DNA of 51,784 bases, counting the filler, from Streblomastix strix (taxonomy: Eukaryota), in the NCBI GenBank assembly GCA_008636045.1. It is 2 parts of 2 records of this genome, joined end to end, with 100 filler letters (N's around TTAATTAATTAA, not from the genome) between each part and the next. Parts side by side here need not be neighbours in the genome. Positions count along the whole stretch, not along the records: positions 1 to 25,849 come from SNRW01000189.1; 1 more part is not named here. One strand, written 5' to 3'. The stretch's first letter is position 1; each line of letters opens with the position of its first letter. Shown piece by piece: positions 1 to 12,600 of the stretch. The notes under the pieces are model-generated. The model had not been told where the DNA came from. It made no database searches and worked only from the letters and a program-made list of their open reading frames with translations. A program made the translations under genes and the position numbers.

Positions 1-46
1 AAAACATTATTGTTTCCTATTTGATTTTATGAAAGATCCCTGCCAT
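1..46 (-). CDS. 5' start of a viral ORF running off the window edge (MAGIFHKIKQ...)
   Basis: ATG at 46 is preceded by the same 17-bp motif, at the same spacing, as the ATG at 1710. Bases 1-30 may be a fold-back artefact. Confidence 0.4.
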
Positions 47-62
47 TTCATTTACAAAAAAA

Positions 63-79
63 AATCATCTTTAGATGCT
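63..79 (-). promoter_or_regulatory. 17-bp motif AGCATCTAAAGATGATT with dyad core CATCT-AA-AGATG (copy 1)
   Basis: Identical to 1727-1743; each copy ends 17 nt from a minus-strand ATG. Confidence 0.55.
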
Positions 80-93
80 GATTCATATTAAGT

Positions 94-1710
94 TCAATCA
101 ACATAACTTCCAATAATATAATAATTGACAAACTTATCAGCTTTTAATTATGATGATATATGAATATGCCAGCGAACGGGATTATTCGTATCAGCAACCG
201 TGAGATAAGCAGAAGGAATGTCTTAAATGAGATCAGAGTTGAAATCATATAAAATCATAATAGGAAACAATAATGTTTTTTTTGGATCTATTGACTAACT
301 CATACTAAGTAGATACTGTTTACTCTCAATAAACTCTTTCTATCTCAAATGCATATTGAACATGACTAATTTATTAACAGTATCGTCAATAATATAGATC
401 TTAAATGCATCTAAGTCGTATGGTGAATAAGCTAATGCAAGTATTTAATCTCTTGATACCTCTGTTACTGTATATTATGGAAATACAGATAGTGGAATAG
501 GCATTCGTGGTAGAATATCATGTTACATAATAACACTATCTATACGAGATATTGGTTCTCCATTTGATGTTATGTTATTCTAATTTTATTTTTATGGGAG
601 TGGATCAATTAAATAACTTCCACTAAAGTCACATAAATCCATAGGATAATACCCAAATCCTTAATTCACAACAACATCCGGTGTGTCATTTCCTTTAATC
701 TATATCATACCAGCGAATGATGTATAAGAGGTTTTTATTGGGAAGAATTTAGCTAATCTAGGCTATTAATCAGAATCAATTGTTTTAAATACTTTGAATA
801 TAATATTTATATGTTAACTACTAACTTCAGCTTGGAAATTAAACGTACATTTTGGACCTTCTTTAACAAAATATGCTGCTCTTAGTGGACCGAATGTATT
901 ATTATTCACTAATTTAGTATTGTTATTGAAATTATTAGATAGTGAAACAGGCATACTGGGGTCATATGGTTGAACTCCATTACCTATTGCTTCCGTCTCT
1001 TTTTACACAACATCTTATACTCATGACATTGATTTCATTCCATCAATGATAGAATTGACGTGCCAGTCATCTACAATATTAATCTCTCCATCACCATTTA
1101 CATCACTATTTGCTCTCTTTAATGGTTCATAATCTGTATAATAAACGCCTGCAATAGCGATATGAGTATTACCTTTAATTGATGTAACTTAATCAACACT
1201 CCCAATTGACACTCCTAAATAAAACACTTTTTCACTAATATATGCCATTACATTCAATTTATGACAAACATCATCTCCTAATATTAATGCATGTTTGCTA
1301 AATGGCCACAATTCTTCAAGAAAATTAGTGAACACAAAACCCATAAAATCATTGCTTAGATACAGTCCAATATTATGTACTACTTTGTTTCTCAACTTAT
1401 AGAAATAGAAATATTCATCAGCAGGATTATACGTTTATACATTAAATGCTAATTAACTCTTAGGAATCTTAAATATCTGAACTTATGGTATTTCAATATG
1501 AACAATAGGTTATGGAATTGGTTATACATTTAATTTATCGTCTTTATCTTTCACTTAATCCTGAAGATATTGTGGTCCAACAATGATTTGATCAGCTATT
1601 CCATCAACAATCGGTTTAGGCTCACGTTCATGAATATAAGCGTATAATTCTGGGAATTCTGATAGTCCTGCGGTATCTAATAATGCTTCATCTATGTATA
1701 CATTGCTCAT
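94..1710 (-). CDS. Viral hypothetical protein of ~538 codons, beta-rich looking, possibly structural; one in-frame TGA at 1021-1023
   Basis: ATG at 1710 (MSNVYIDEALLDTAGLSEFPELY...). One frame continues through track ORF 1189-1395 to TGA 94-96 when TAA/TAG are read as Gln. Confidence 0.75.
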
Positions 1711-1726
1711 TTTATAGTCCAAAAAT

Positions 1727-1743
1727 AATCATCTTTAGATGCT
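1727..1743 (-). promoter_or_regulatory. 17-bp motif AGCATCTAAAGATGATT (copy 2), followed by ATTTTT
   Basis: Intergenic, 17 nt from ATG 1710, exact duplicate of 63-79. Confidence 0.55.
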
Positions 1744-1813
1744 TAGCTTTCAGCTAAACGAATTGAACCTATGTTGGAATGATGTCAATATCAATTATTT
1801 TTTGGATTCAATC

Positions 1814-4800
1814 TCATTTAACCCAAGTAGCAGATGCCCATTATATGTATGTATTAGTTGTTGATTTATAGGTAATAAGTCCAGTTGAATCAGTAATTGA
1901 TACATAACCCCCTTTATCAACAGTGTGATTCGGAAATGGGATATATGTTATAATAGCTACATCATCCTAAACTAAATAATCAGTGTTAAATGTTCCTATA
2001 ATATAATTCCCTCCATTAGCGAGTAGTGAAAATATATAAAGACTACCAATTCTAATTAATTTATATTATATTACTGCTCCATTCATATTACTAAATGCAG
2101 GTGACGTTAAATTTTCAATCCCACCAAATGATGACAATAATCTATCATCACCACCAGCCAATAAGACTGATGTATCATCTTTACCAGTTTTCACAAAACC
2201 TGTAGCTCTAACATTTGCATTGAATGTTTTTGTGCCATATATCGTTTAATTATCATAACGACTAACAAAAGCATTATAAATTTCTCCTCTTGTCAAATAA
2301 TCTTCATCAAACTCCGACACTGATAACTCATCATCATCTCTTCGTAATACTCCATGAATTACTTAAATTTCTTTTCCCGATTTCTTCACATAATTTGTAT
2401 CATCAACACTTCCACTTGTTAACTCAGATAATGGTTTCGTTGTTCCATTTGCTAATAATTCTTGCTAATATATTCCACCTGATTTAATGAATTATGTTGC
2501 AGTTAGATTACCATTAATAGAACCGCTATAAATAGATGAAACGAATTCACTTTTAACTGCTCCTAATGTTATATAATCATCATCTGTTGGCTCTGGAAAT
2601 GGTTAGTCCAGTGTTGTTTTTCGTATAATTCCTTATATGCCTTATACATTACCATCTTTTTTTACATAATTAGAATCATTAAATGTGGTAGTTAATTCTG
2701 AGATTGGTTTAATGCCACCAGCTCCAAGTGATACGACAGTATCATCTGCACCTTATTTGACAAATGATGACCCTATTACTGTCAACATTCCATCTATTGC
2801 ACTTACGAATCTACATGCATTATTGAATGTCTTATTTGCATTTATTGTCTATGAAGTACCTAAGGTCATACAACCACTTAAATCAACTTCACCTACTTCA
2901 ATTTAAGATATATGTTAATTAATTTCTATTTTTGTGTAAGTTGTTGTTTAATTAGCTTTGTTGTTAAGCAGATTATCGGCATCTCCTTTGGTGTATGAAT
3001 CAATCAGTTATGTCTTATCTTCCTTCGCAAACAGTAATGTGTCATCTTCACCTTTTGTGTAGGAAACCCCTGTGTTTGCTTTACTAATTAATAAGTTATC
3101 TGTTTCACCTTTGGTATAGACTTCGACTCTGGCATAAGTTTCACTTTTGCTAAATGAATCAATCAGTTATGTCTTATCTGCCTTCGCAAACAGTAGTGTG
3201 TCATCTTCATTTTTGCTATAGGATACTCCAGTATCTACTTTACTATTTAATAAGTTATTTATTTCATCTTTAGTGTACGCATCAATCAGTTATGTCTTGT
3301 CCGTTTTCAATAACAAGAGAGCATCATCTTCTCCTTTTGTGTATGAATCAATTAGTTACGTCTTATCTGCCTTCAATAATAAGAGAGCATCATCTCACCT
3401 TTCGAATAAGAAACACCATTATCTGCTTTATTTTTAAATAAGTTATTTGTTTCAGTTTTTGTTTATGAATCAATCAGTTACGTCTTATCAGATTTAAGTA
3501 ATAAGAGAGTATCATCTTCACCTTTAGTATTTGAAACTCCAGAATCTGCTTTATTATTTAAGAGATTATTTGTTTCAACTTTAGTATAGACTTCGTCTCT
3601 GGCATAAGTTTCGCTTTTGCTGTATGAATCAATCAGTTGTGTCTTATCTGCCTTCAATAATAATAAGGCATCATCCTCTGATTTGGAATATGAAGCACTT
3701 TAAATATCTGCAATTGATCTAACTCCTCCGCCAGCACAAACAACATTTGAATTATCGTATGTTTGAACCATGATTCCAACTGAATGAATAGTTGTATTAA
3801 ATGTCTTTTAACCACTAAAACTTTGATCATAATCTGTATCTACAAAATTTTTATTTTTCGCTGGTGTTAATGTGTTTCCATCAATAGATATGTCAGTTAT
3901 AGCATTACCTCCTCCAGTAGTTACTCCAAGAGTTGTAACAACATTATTCATATCAAGTAATTCAGTTTTTAGTACTTTTAAATCAGTTCCATCGCACCAA
4001 TAATCTGTTACTTCTTTATCAACAATATATAAATTATCTCCGATTACTAATTTTGCAACATTGTCCTGAACAGCCATCCAGTCATTCAATTCTCCTTATG
4101 TTGAGAATACATATGCTTTTGACTTTCTAGTAGCAATGTCTCTAACCTCCTATAATTACGGTTGTGTTACTAATGAACTAACTAACATATCTCCTCCCCC
4201 TGCAAGTAGAATAGATGCATCATTTTTACTCAATTTTGATATGGTGGAAACACAAATTACACCGAATTATTTTTATACTATTATTGTTTGAGTAGAAGTT
4301 AAATCAACATAATTGGTCAAATCAGCAACATTAGCTTTTAGTAATAATAGAGCACCATCTTCTATCTTGGAATATGTGTCAATTAATTCAGTTTTATCAG
4401 CTTTCAATAACAATAAAGCATCATCCTCTGATTTGGAATATGAGTCAATTAATTCAGTTTTATCAGCTTTCAATAATAATAAAGCATCATCCTCTGATTT
4501 GGAATATGAGTCAATTAATTCAGATTTATCAGCTTTCAAGAGTAATAGTGCATCATCTTCTGATTTGGAACAACTATCCACAATATCAGCAACATTAGCT
4601 TTCAAGAGTAATAGTGCATCATCTTCTGTCTTGGAATAGCTATCCACAATTTCAGCAACATTAGCTATCAATAGTAAAAGTGCATCTTCTTCTGTCTTGG
4701 AATATGATTCAATTAATTCAGTTTTATCAGCTTTCAATAACAATAAAGCATCATCCTCTGATTTGGAATATGAGTCAATTAATTCAGTTTTATCAGCTTT

Positions 4801-5958
4801 CAAGAGTAATAGTGCATCATCTTCTGATTTGGAATAACTATCCACAATATCAGCAACATTAGCTTTCAATAGTAAAAGTGCATCATCTTCTGTCTTGGAA
4901 TATGATTCAACTAATTCAGTTTTATCAGCTTTCAATAACTATTAAGCATCATCCTCTGATTTGGAATATGAGTCAATTAATTCAGTTTTATCAGCTTTCA
5001 AGAGTAATAGTGCATCATCTTCTGATTTGGAATATGAGTCAATTAATTCAGTTTTATCAGCTTTCAAGAGTAATAGTGCATCATCTTCTGATTTGGAATA
5101 ACTATCCACAATATCAGCAACATTAGCTTTCAAGAGTAAGAGTGCATCATCTTCTGTCTTGGAATACACATCGATTAGTTCACCCTTATCAGCTTTCAAT
5201 AGTAATAACGCATCTAACTACTGTAAACTATATGACTCCGGTGCGTTTTTTAAAATAATAATTTGTGAATTAATGTTTTGAACTTATTCAACTAATCCAA
5301 ACTTATTGTATCTACTATTCCCAAATAATGTTTCATCATGAATTTAAATAACATCTATTACATGTGCTTCGCTTTATGCTTTTTATTCTAAAATAAACAA
5401 CTCAACTACACATCTAATTTTATTTAGAACCGCTAATAATCCTTACGACACCGCTTATATTACTTTTGAAGATATCTCGCTTAAGTCTAAAATAGATGTT
5501 ATTTTTCTTATTTTTTGAAGATATAACTTATAAGTATCTCTTAGTAAATTAACTTTATTTTCATCTAATGCATGAATATTTACATTTCCAATACGAATAT
5601 CAGTTAATGTTATAGTACCGTCATTCATGAATCTAGTGCAGCATGTACTAATATCTTCATTCAGTTACACTTATTATTCATTAACATAAAATGTATATGC
5701 AACAATTCGAATAAATTAAGGCTCAGATAAAATGAAATGAGCTGACTCTTTTAATATATGTTCATCCTCACTAATTATGTCCAATAACCATTTACAAACT
5801 GATGAATCAGTAGTTAATTCATTTTCAAATATTGAGCTTCTTCTTCGCGTGGATTATTATGGAAAGTCAATTGATCTTTATTACCTTTTTTCAAATGGTG
5901 AATCTTCTTCAATAATTGTTGGAATTGATGTCTGACTTGGGGATATAATTTACATCAT
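1814..5958 (-). CDS. Long fibre-like virion protein (~1380 aa) with repeat shaft and tail-fibre-like C-terminus; 1-nt deletion frameshift at ~3395
   Basis: ATG 5958 frame joins track ORFs 4942-5199, 4273-4935 and 3808-4089. Motifs: YSKxExD repeats, 'QTIxGxKTF', 'LLAGGG'. The frame shifts where repeat consensus GGT GAA GAT reads GGT GA GAT, and ends ...WASATWVK-TGA at 1814-1816. Confidence 0.75.
2930..3700 (-). repeat. Second, more divergent coding repeat block (YTKGEDDxLLxxKADKTQLIDS / YARDEVYTKxETxNLLxxKA)
   Basis: Recurring TCAATCAGTT..GTCTTATC and GGCATAAGTTTC blocks on the plus strand. Confidence 0.8.
4310..5215 (-). repeat. 66-bp coding tandem repeat, 13 full units plus a partial unit of 22 aa (KADKTELIDSYSKSEDDALLLL / KANVADIVDSYSKxEDDALLLL)
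   Basis: Directly visible in the DNA and in track ORFs 4273-4935 and 4942-5199. Confidence 0.95.
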
Positions 5959-5991
5959 TTTGTCAGAACAAAAATAAAATGACATATATTC

Positions 5992-6192
5992 TCAATATAA
6001 CATAGATAAATAATATTTAGACAGGCAACTTTGTTGCTACTATTCAGATTGATCTTTTTTATTAATATCATTTTCATCACCCTTTACAAATTCGTTTATT
6101 ACATTGAATGCACTGGCTATCAAAAACAGATTAGCCGTCTCAACTAATGTTATGATTATTAATGAAGTACTAACTATGATTTCAAATATCAT
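5992..6192 (-). CDS. Small viral protein (66 aa) with a hydrophobic N-terminal segment, possibly membrane-anchored
   Basis: MIFEIIVSTSLIIITLVETANLFLIASAF... ends at TGA 5992-5994; TTATTTTTT lies upstream. Confidence 0.6.
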
Positions 6193-6220
6193 TTTCAATT
6201 AGATAAAAAATAAATATAAA

Positions 6221-6535
6221 TCAATTGTTTTTCGGTACGATCTTTTATTCTATGTCAGTCTCTAAGTATTCTAACACAAAATTCATATCATCTTCTCTAA
6301 AATTATGATCAGATAATAATTTCATTAACTATTTTTGAACAGTGTTATTTCTACTGTAAATCTAGGCTTTCTTTTACGCATATCTTCTCTTTGTTGCTAA
6401 CTATTGCTTTCGTATTGCTTCCTTTCTATCATCATCATTGAAGTATTTCTTTGGCTTTCCGACTGATCTCTTTTCAATTTATTATTCAACTTATTCACTT
6501 TGAGTTTCATTGTTAGTTTCGATTGTTGTCTCCAT
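6221..6535 (-). CDS. Small basic/helical viral protein (104 aa) with an AT-hook-like KRSVGKPKKY motif; putative DNA-binding protein
   Basis: Intact ATG-TGA frame with TAR=Gln; a syntenic, similar gene lies at 16874-17352. Confidence 0.65.
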
Positions 6536-6561
6536 TTTTGTTTAAGTAAAAAAAATAAAAT

Positions 6562-8398
6562 TCATAATTTTAATCTAAAGTATTATTTATATTCATTTTA
6601 TAATACATTTATAATTTTTGCCACTAATTTTGTGAAGAGTATTGGTAGAATAACTGTTTATAAATCATTATATGGGTTCAATAGCTCAACTTTAACATTC
6701 CCATTAACATATTCCATAAATATACCAATATTATTGAAATTGCGTCTTTTTTTTATCAAATTAATGTTTTGTCTTTGTGATATCAATGTGTAGTAGTAAA
6801 ATATTACCCTTTTGATATTGTTTTAGACCATATTATTTTTATAATCTTATTATATCATTTAATTATTATTAGTGATAGATGTATTAACCTTCAATCAGCT
6901 TATCATTTTAAACTTATATTGGACTACAATTATTTTAGTAAGCAATGTGTGGTGTATGATTATATAAATCAACAGTTTATTACATCAATTATTCATTAGC
7001 AAGTTCATAAATGTTATTATCGAATCCGTTTCTAATTGTTCGAATTACTCTGTCAATTAGTCTATTATGATTAGTGAATTTGTTACCTATGAAGAATGTA
7101 TTTATCTTGTTTTCTTTATAGAAATCATTTATTAATTTTGAAACATAAGACTTCTCACCATCTCCTCTGATATCATCAATTTAAACAAGTGATATGAGTT
7201 ATTTGGGGGCAACAAACATTGGAATTTATGATTTAGATTACACTGGAATTACTACTAGATATTTAGTGTTAACATTAATTGCGAATAGATATTGTTTAAT
7301 TTCAACATTCTTTTTCATTATAAATACTTAGTCAATTTCCCATGAATTGTAGTTGGATGAGAAGTATGGTCTTTCAAATTTCGCTAGTGGCTTGAGTTAA
7401 TAGTCATGTGGTTCTAAGGTATTAGTTTAAGGATAAATATCAAATTAGTTCTTAGTTTAATGTGTTGGAATATCATAGTATTTAGCTTTACAGACAACAT
7501 CATACTTTGATTTGAAAGGGAATTGCTTTTATGATATTACTTGGAATAAATCATCTTTCGCTAACTTTTTTGATTTCTTTGGCTTATATTAAGTATATTG
7601 ACTTTGTCGCTGCTCTAAAGAGTAAATTTTCTATGGATATCTTTCAGTATATTACAAGATATATTAGTCGTACCATTAGCTAAGAGATTAATCAACAAAG
7701 TTAATAGTTTATGCTATTTAATCCAATACTTTGAACTGCTTTTAATTGAATTTATGATTCAGAATGCTGTTATAAAATGATTGCCTCGTATTAATATTTT
7801 CTTATTAAAGCATTGCATTTATTTTTGTGTTTGTATCGATATCATTATCTAAATTGAATTACTCCTATTCACTAACTATATCTATTACCTATTACTTTAA
7901 TTTATTAAGTTCATTAACAGAAGTAATTGACTAGCTTTGTTTTTTAGCTTTTGGTTTCAAAGGTTAAATAGTCGGAGTATTCAATAATGGTTAATTAATT
8001 CTAATTGGCTAATAAACTTAAATTTATGGGTAAATTGACTAAGATATTGATTCTAATTAATGTTTTTCTTTAATTATTCCATATTTTGCTTAAGCAATTT
8101 ATTAATCAGTTTACTCCTATGCAATGATAAATTTATACATATCTGGATTTTCATCTTCTATCCATCTATTGTACGTATTTCATAATTTATTATAATCATC
8201 ATTTGTTAAATTATCACTATAATAATATCCATTTTCAAGTACTTTTTTATCAGAATCTTTATCTAATAATTTCTTCATCTATTCCTTTGTTAATATAACA
8301 TAATCTGTATTGTTAAAGTTGTATTATTATTAATAAGCGACACTAAATGAATCCATATTTTTCTATTTATCAAGTTATGATTGCTTTCTTTATGCCAT
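6562..8398 (-). pseudogene. rve/retroviral-type integrase with a long N-terminal extension; in-frame TGA at 8180-8182 and +1 frameshift in an A-run at ~6750
   Basis: SWEID (D at 7331-7333), YLFAINVNTKYL, IRGDGEK (D at 7160-7162), HNRLIDRVIRTIR (D at 7052-7054), YNHTPH: a Polinton-like integrase core. Confidence 0.85.
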
Positions 8399-8430
8399 TT
8401 AATTTATAGTAAGTAAGCAAAAATAATGAT

Positions 8431-9030
8431 TCAATTTATTATGTTATACAATTTTTTGAATTTATTAATGAATATTTTAATTTTATCATTATATGAATCA
8501 TAAGCATAAACAAATAATGATCCATTTCGTTTTTTCTCGTTGATGCGTAATACCCTATATTTTAAGCCATTATAGTAATAAAATTTATCTGTTTCTTCAC
8601 TAAAGTAATAGAATTCAAATCTATATCTTCAATATTCATTAATAGTAAAAACATCATCAGGAAGTTTTTCGACATATTTATAAATAATATCTTTATTATG
8701 TTTCGATTTATTTTTACAATTGTCACTTGCTGAAACATACCTTAAATTACTTGAACTGTTATTTAATTTATTTTAATCCTTATGATCAACTTATGCCTTA
8801 TTAAACGAATCATCATTTTCAACGAATTGTTCTGCAATAATTTTATGAAGATCACACATTTACCCACCAACATTTCCACGCAAATACCCACACTTATTCT
8901 TACTGAATTTAGGAATAAGTCCATCTTCTTTTCTACGTATAATCCATGGCTCTTATATTGAAATCTCAAATTCATTATTAGTTTTAAGAGTAATGAATTC
9001 TGTTTCTGTTTCTGATTCCAATATTTTCAT
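8431..9030 (-). CDS. HNH homing-endonuclease-like protein (HNH_3 type), 199 codons, in-frame TGA at 8629-8631
   Basis: LHKIIAEQF...VDHKDQNKLNNSSSNLRYVSASDN HNH signature. Confidence 0.85.
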
Positions 9031-9067
9031 CAAAAATAAAAAAATGATATCTACTTTACTTAATTAT

Positions 9068-9211
9068 TCATTTACATAATTTTTATTCACAAGCGAACTT
9101 GACTTCTGCCTCATAAATTGCTTTCCATATAGCATGCCAATCAATGTGTAGTGATTCAAGTGCTTCAATTGCTATAGTTATATTTGCAGTTAATTGTTCA
9201 AAGAGAGTCAT
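9068..9211 (-). CDS. Small viral hypothetical protein (47 aa)
   Basis: MTLFEQLTANITIAIEALESLHIDWHAIWKAIY...-TGA; fills the space between neighbouring genes. Confidence 0.5.
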
Positions 9212-9235
9212 TTTGATAACGAAAATTAAAACGAA

Positions 9236-9643
9236 TCATTCATCTATATTGCCAAGTAGATCTTCTAATTATTTCTAATAATTATATCTAATTTCATCAT
9301 ATTCCATTAATGCGTTATGTAATCTGTTATAACTAGTTTTATTATAATTAATCCAATATAATTCATTTTATATACTATTTTTAAGTATTCTTCTCATATC
9401 AATGAAAGTGCTAGCTCTGTTGTCGGTATCCTTAATGTCGCCGAAAGGGTTATTTATTTTATCAGCATTAATACCGTTATCTTTGATTTTACTAATATGA
9501 TTAGGTTTTCGATTGAAGTTAAAGTTATTATATAATTACTATTTATTAATAATTTCTTATTGTTACTCTTTCTTTTTCATTAATTCCTCACTCCTTTTAT
9601 TGTTTGCATCAATTTGAGTTAGATATTGTGATATGGTTTCCAT
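9236..9643 (-). CDS. Viral hypothetical protein (135 aa)
   Basis: Intact frame METISQYLTQIDANNK...LLGNIDE-TGA; TTATTTTT tract upstream. Confidence 0.65.
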
Positions 9644-9676
9644 TTTAGATTAAAATAAAAAAATAATAATAATAGT

Positions 9677-12600
9677 TCATTATTAATCTTTTATTTAACA
9701 CTCCTATGCTGTTAATCCTTTAGTATAAGGTCAACAACACTAATTCCTAAGTACTATTGATTTATTATTGAACGCAGTTAGTGCATACTTTTCAACTTAA
9801 ATACTTCTCATAACATTATCGTACATTTTTAATGTTCAATTAATCCCTTTTTTCACTATATCTTTATTAATAACATTAACGTAATCTGTTTGAGATATCT
9901 ACTATGATTTACTTATCCCTTTTGCTGTTATTTTTGGTTTAAATTCATATTGTTATTTTTCATTATTCCATTTGTATTCAATCATTGAATAGCACTTAGG
10001 TCCAAGTGATGTAAGTTTATATCCTTCATTTTCAATACCAAATCCAAGTATCTTTTTGTGGTCATAGATGTCTTTATTAGGATCAGGTAAATACTAGTAT
10101 ACATGTTAATCATAGAACTGTTCATCTGTTACTATAGTTTCAAATTATTAATGACAGTCTTTAGCTGGATCACCTGCTATTGCTATATAGATTGAATCAG
10201 TATCTGCAAGAACAAAATGAAATCGTTTACGGTCTAGACATTTATACATGAAATTATATATATAATTGAGATACAAATATTTTGCATTATCTAGTGTAAA
10301 GACTCCTGATTAAAGTGATGTAAAACAAGTAGCTGTTTTAGGTTTAATTTATACTGCAAATGTGTTAGCACTAATACGTCTAGTTCCAATGTGATTAGGA
10401 TGATGTTATGCAATGAAAGTATCAGCTTTATCTAATATCTTTATCTTACCAAATTTCTCTGAGTTTAGAGTATCATATCCATATGATGCGTTAATTATAA
10501 GCTTATTGAATTTCTCTTTAGATGATACTGTTAATATAGCTTAAATTCTTAAGTTCATCATCGTCCTAACTAAAGGCTCATTTGCCGCATTTTTCTCAAA
10601 GACAGTAATAGCTTTATAGTAAGTATTGATGAGACGGAGATCAATAAGTAGCCAAAGATAATAGTTATTGAATACCATAAATTGACCATTAGTGTTGAGT
10701 AATGCTGTTAGTTTTCTATCTTTATTAGTCATTGGAAGTGAGTGTTTTTGTGCCTATGAATACATGTATTCACTCATCACCTTTTCTTTGTTTTCTATCT
10801 CAATGTTTCTAAAGATTGGGGGAAATGCAAGTAAGTTATTGTATTCTGATTTAGGAAAGTAGCCTTTGACTTTTGCCACAAATATATCCTTTCTCTAATC
10901 TATGCAGTTTTTAATCACATATGGTTTTTCTGAATAAAATCTCGATCTGCCTGCCATATACATTCTATGATGTATGTAAAGGATATTTTCATTTTTGACT
11001 GATGAATATGAACTGGGATAAAGACTGTTTCCATCAAGAGCAATTACATGTGTAGTAACATTTTCATTATCTTATGAGATCACTTTGTTTTATTATTCAC
11101 CATAAGTTAATTCGTTTATATGAGTTTTACCTGCACTATTCTCTCTATAAAATACCGCTGCAAGACCGCCTGTAATACATTCTCGAAGTAATTTTTATAT
11201 TCTTTCATCACTTATTGTCATAAGTAAATTGTGTTTAATTGCATATTATCTCATCTTGATATGTAATGAAGCTATTTTTGGATTTCTATTTGCATGCGGT
11301 AAATTACATGAAACACATGCAGGCAAACAATTATCTTTCGTATGAGGAAGTTCATTGTCTTATCTATCTAAACTCGGAGGATTATCAAAAGTGAATTTTG
11401 CACTATAAATTGAACACACTGATGTTTCAAATAACCTCTTATAATAATTATAGTCATCAGCTGTTTGTTTTCCTCTGTCTCTCTACCTGCATTATAATCT
11501 TGTTATTTATAGTGATAACATTTATTCTTCCAATACCCTGTTATTAGTACAAAAAGTTTAGCATTAGGATTTAGATTGGAATAGTTAGCGTTTATATCAA
11601 AATCAGAGTAATACTATTATTTGTCACTTTCAAGATTGAATTTAGAAGGAAAGTATGTTGAATAGTGTTTAGTTGCATACGCACATGAGGCAATTGAGAT
11701 ATAGTGCAAGACGTCAATATTGAATTATTCAAATGTATTAATTAAATTCATTAATGGTTTAACCATAATCTCCGTATCGTTAATGTTATTGTATTTGAGA
11801 TATTCTAATCTGTTGATGAATCTCTTAAAGTCAATAAAATATTAATAATATTCATCTTTTGTTATAGAATATCCTCCTTTGAGCTATGATTTGAAATCAT
11901 CATATTCAAATAGGTCTGTTTTCATTAATACTTCGTTCCAATTCTTTGAGTTAATAATTTCATAAGGAAATACATCTTTATGTTCAGATTTATCTCCATA
12001 ATCGTTGACACAAGCTTTTAATGTCGTTGGACCGAATAGGTTCTCTGCATCAATGAATTGTAATTTCATGTGTGACTTCTTGTGTATTACTGTAATTGAT
12101 TTAGTATTATTGAGGTCACCAATAGGTACACCCATTGTCCAAAATTCAAAATCTAAGGTATCCTATAACAGTGCTGTATCAAATCTTGAACTATTCCACC
12201 CCAGTACTTTAACATATCTGTCAAAAGGAATATTTTCATCATCATACTTCATACACTAATATATCTATTCTGCTGATTCGAAAGTTTATGCGAGCCATAA
12301 ATGAACAAATGATGAATTGGATTATTGTCCATAATTTTCTAATTATTCTTAATAATCATTAGCTAATTCATCGAATAATGCATAACATCTCTTAACTAAT
12401 TCATATGATTTGTCTTAGTTGGGATACGCTTCTGTTGACGCAATTGATAATTTAGATAATTATGAGAGTAATGTTGTTTAATCCGTTATCTCTTTCATTA
12501 CCTAATTGGTCAATGTTTCAAAGTCATATGTTATAAATCCTCGTTATGCTTTAAACTAATCCATTAGTCCATAAGCCATTAAGTACTCTATTGTTGGATG

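Noticed and set aside
4313..5126. Plus-strand repetitive ORFs in the track
   Set aside because: Antisense shadows of the minus-strand fibre repeat.
4310..5215. CRISPR-like array
   Set aside because: Units are contiguous 66-bp in-frame coding repeats with no unique spacers; no cas genes; eukaryotic context.
3390..11470. Programmed frameshifting in the fibre, integrase and pPolB genes
   Set aside because: The shifts at ~3395, ~6750 and ~11465 look like single-base indels against repeat or paralogue consensus, one in a homopolymer; mutation or sequencing error is simpler.
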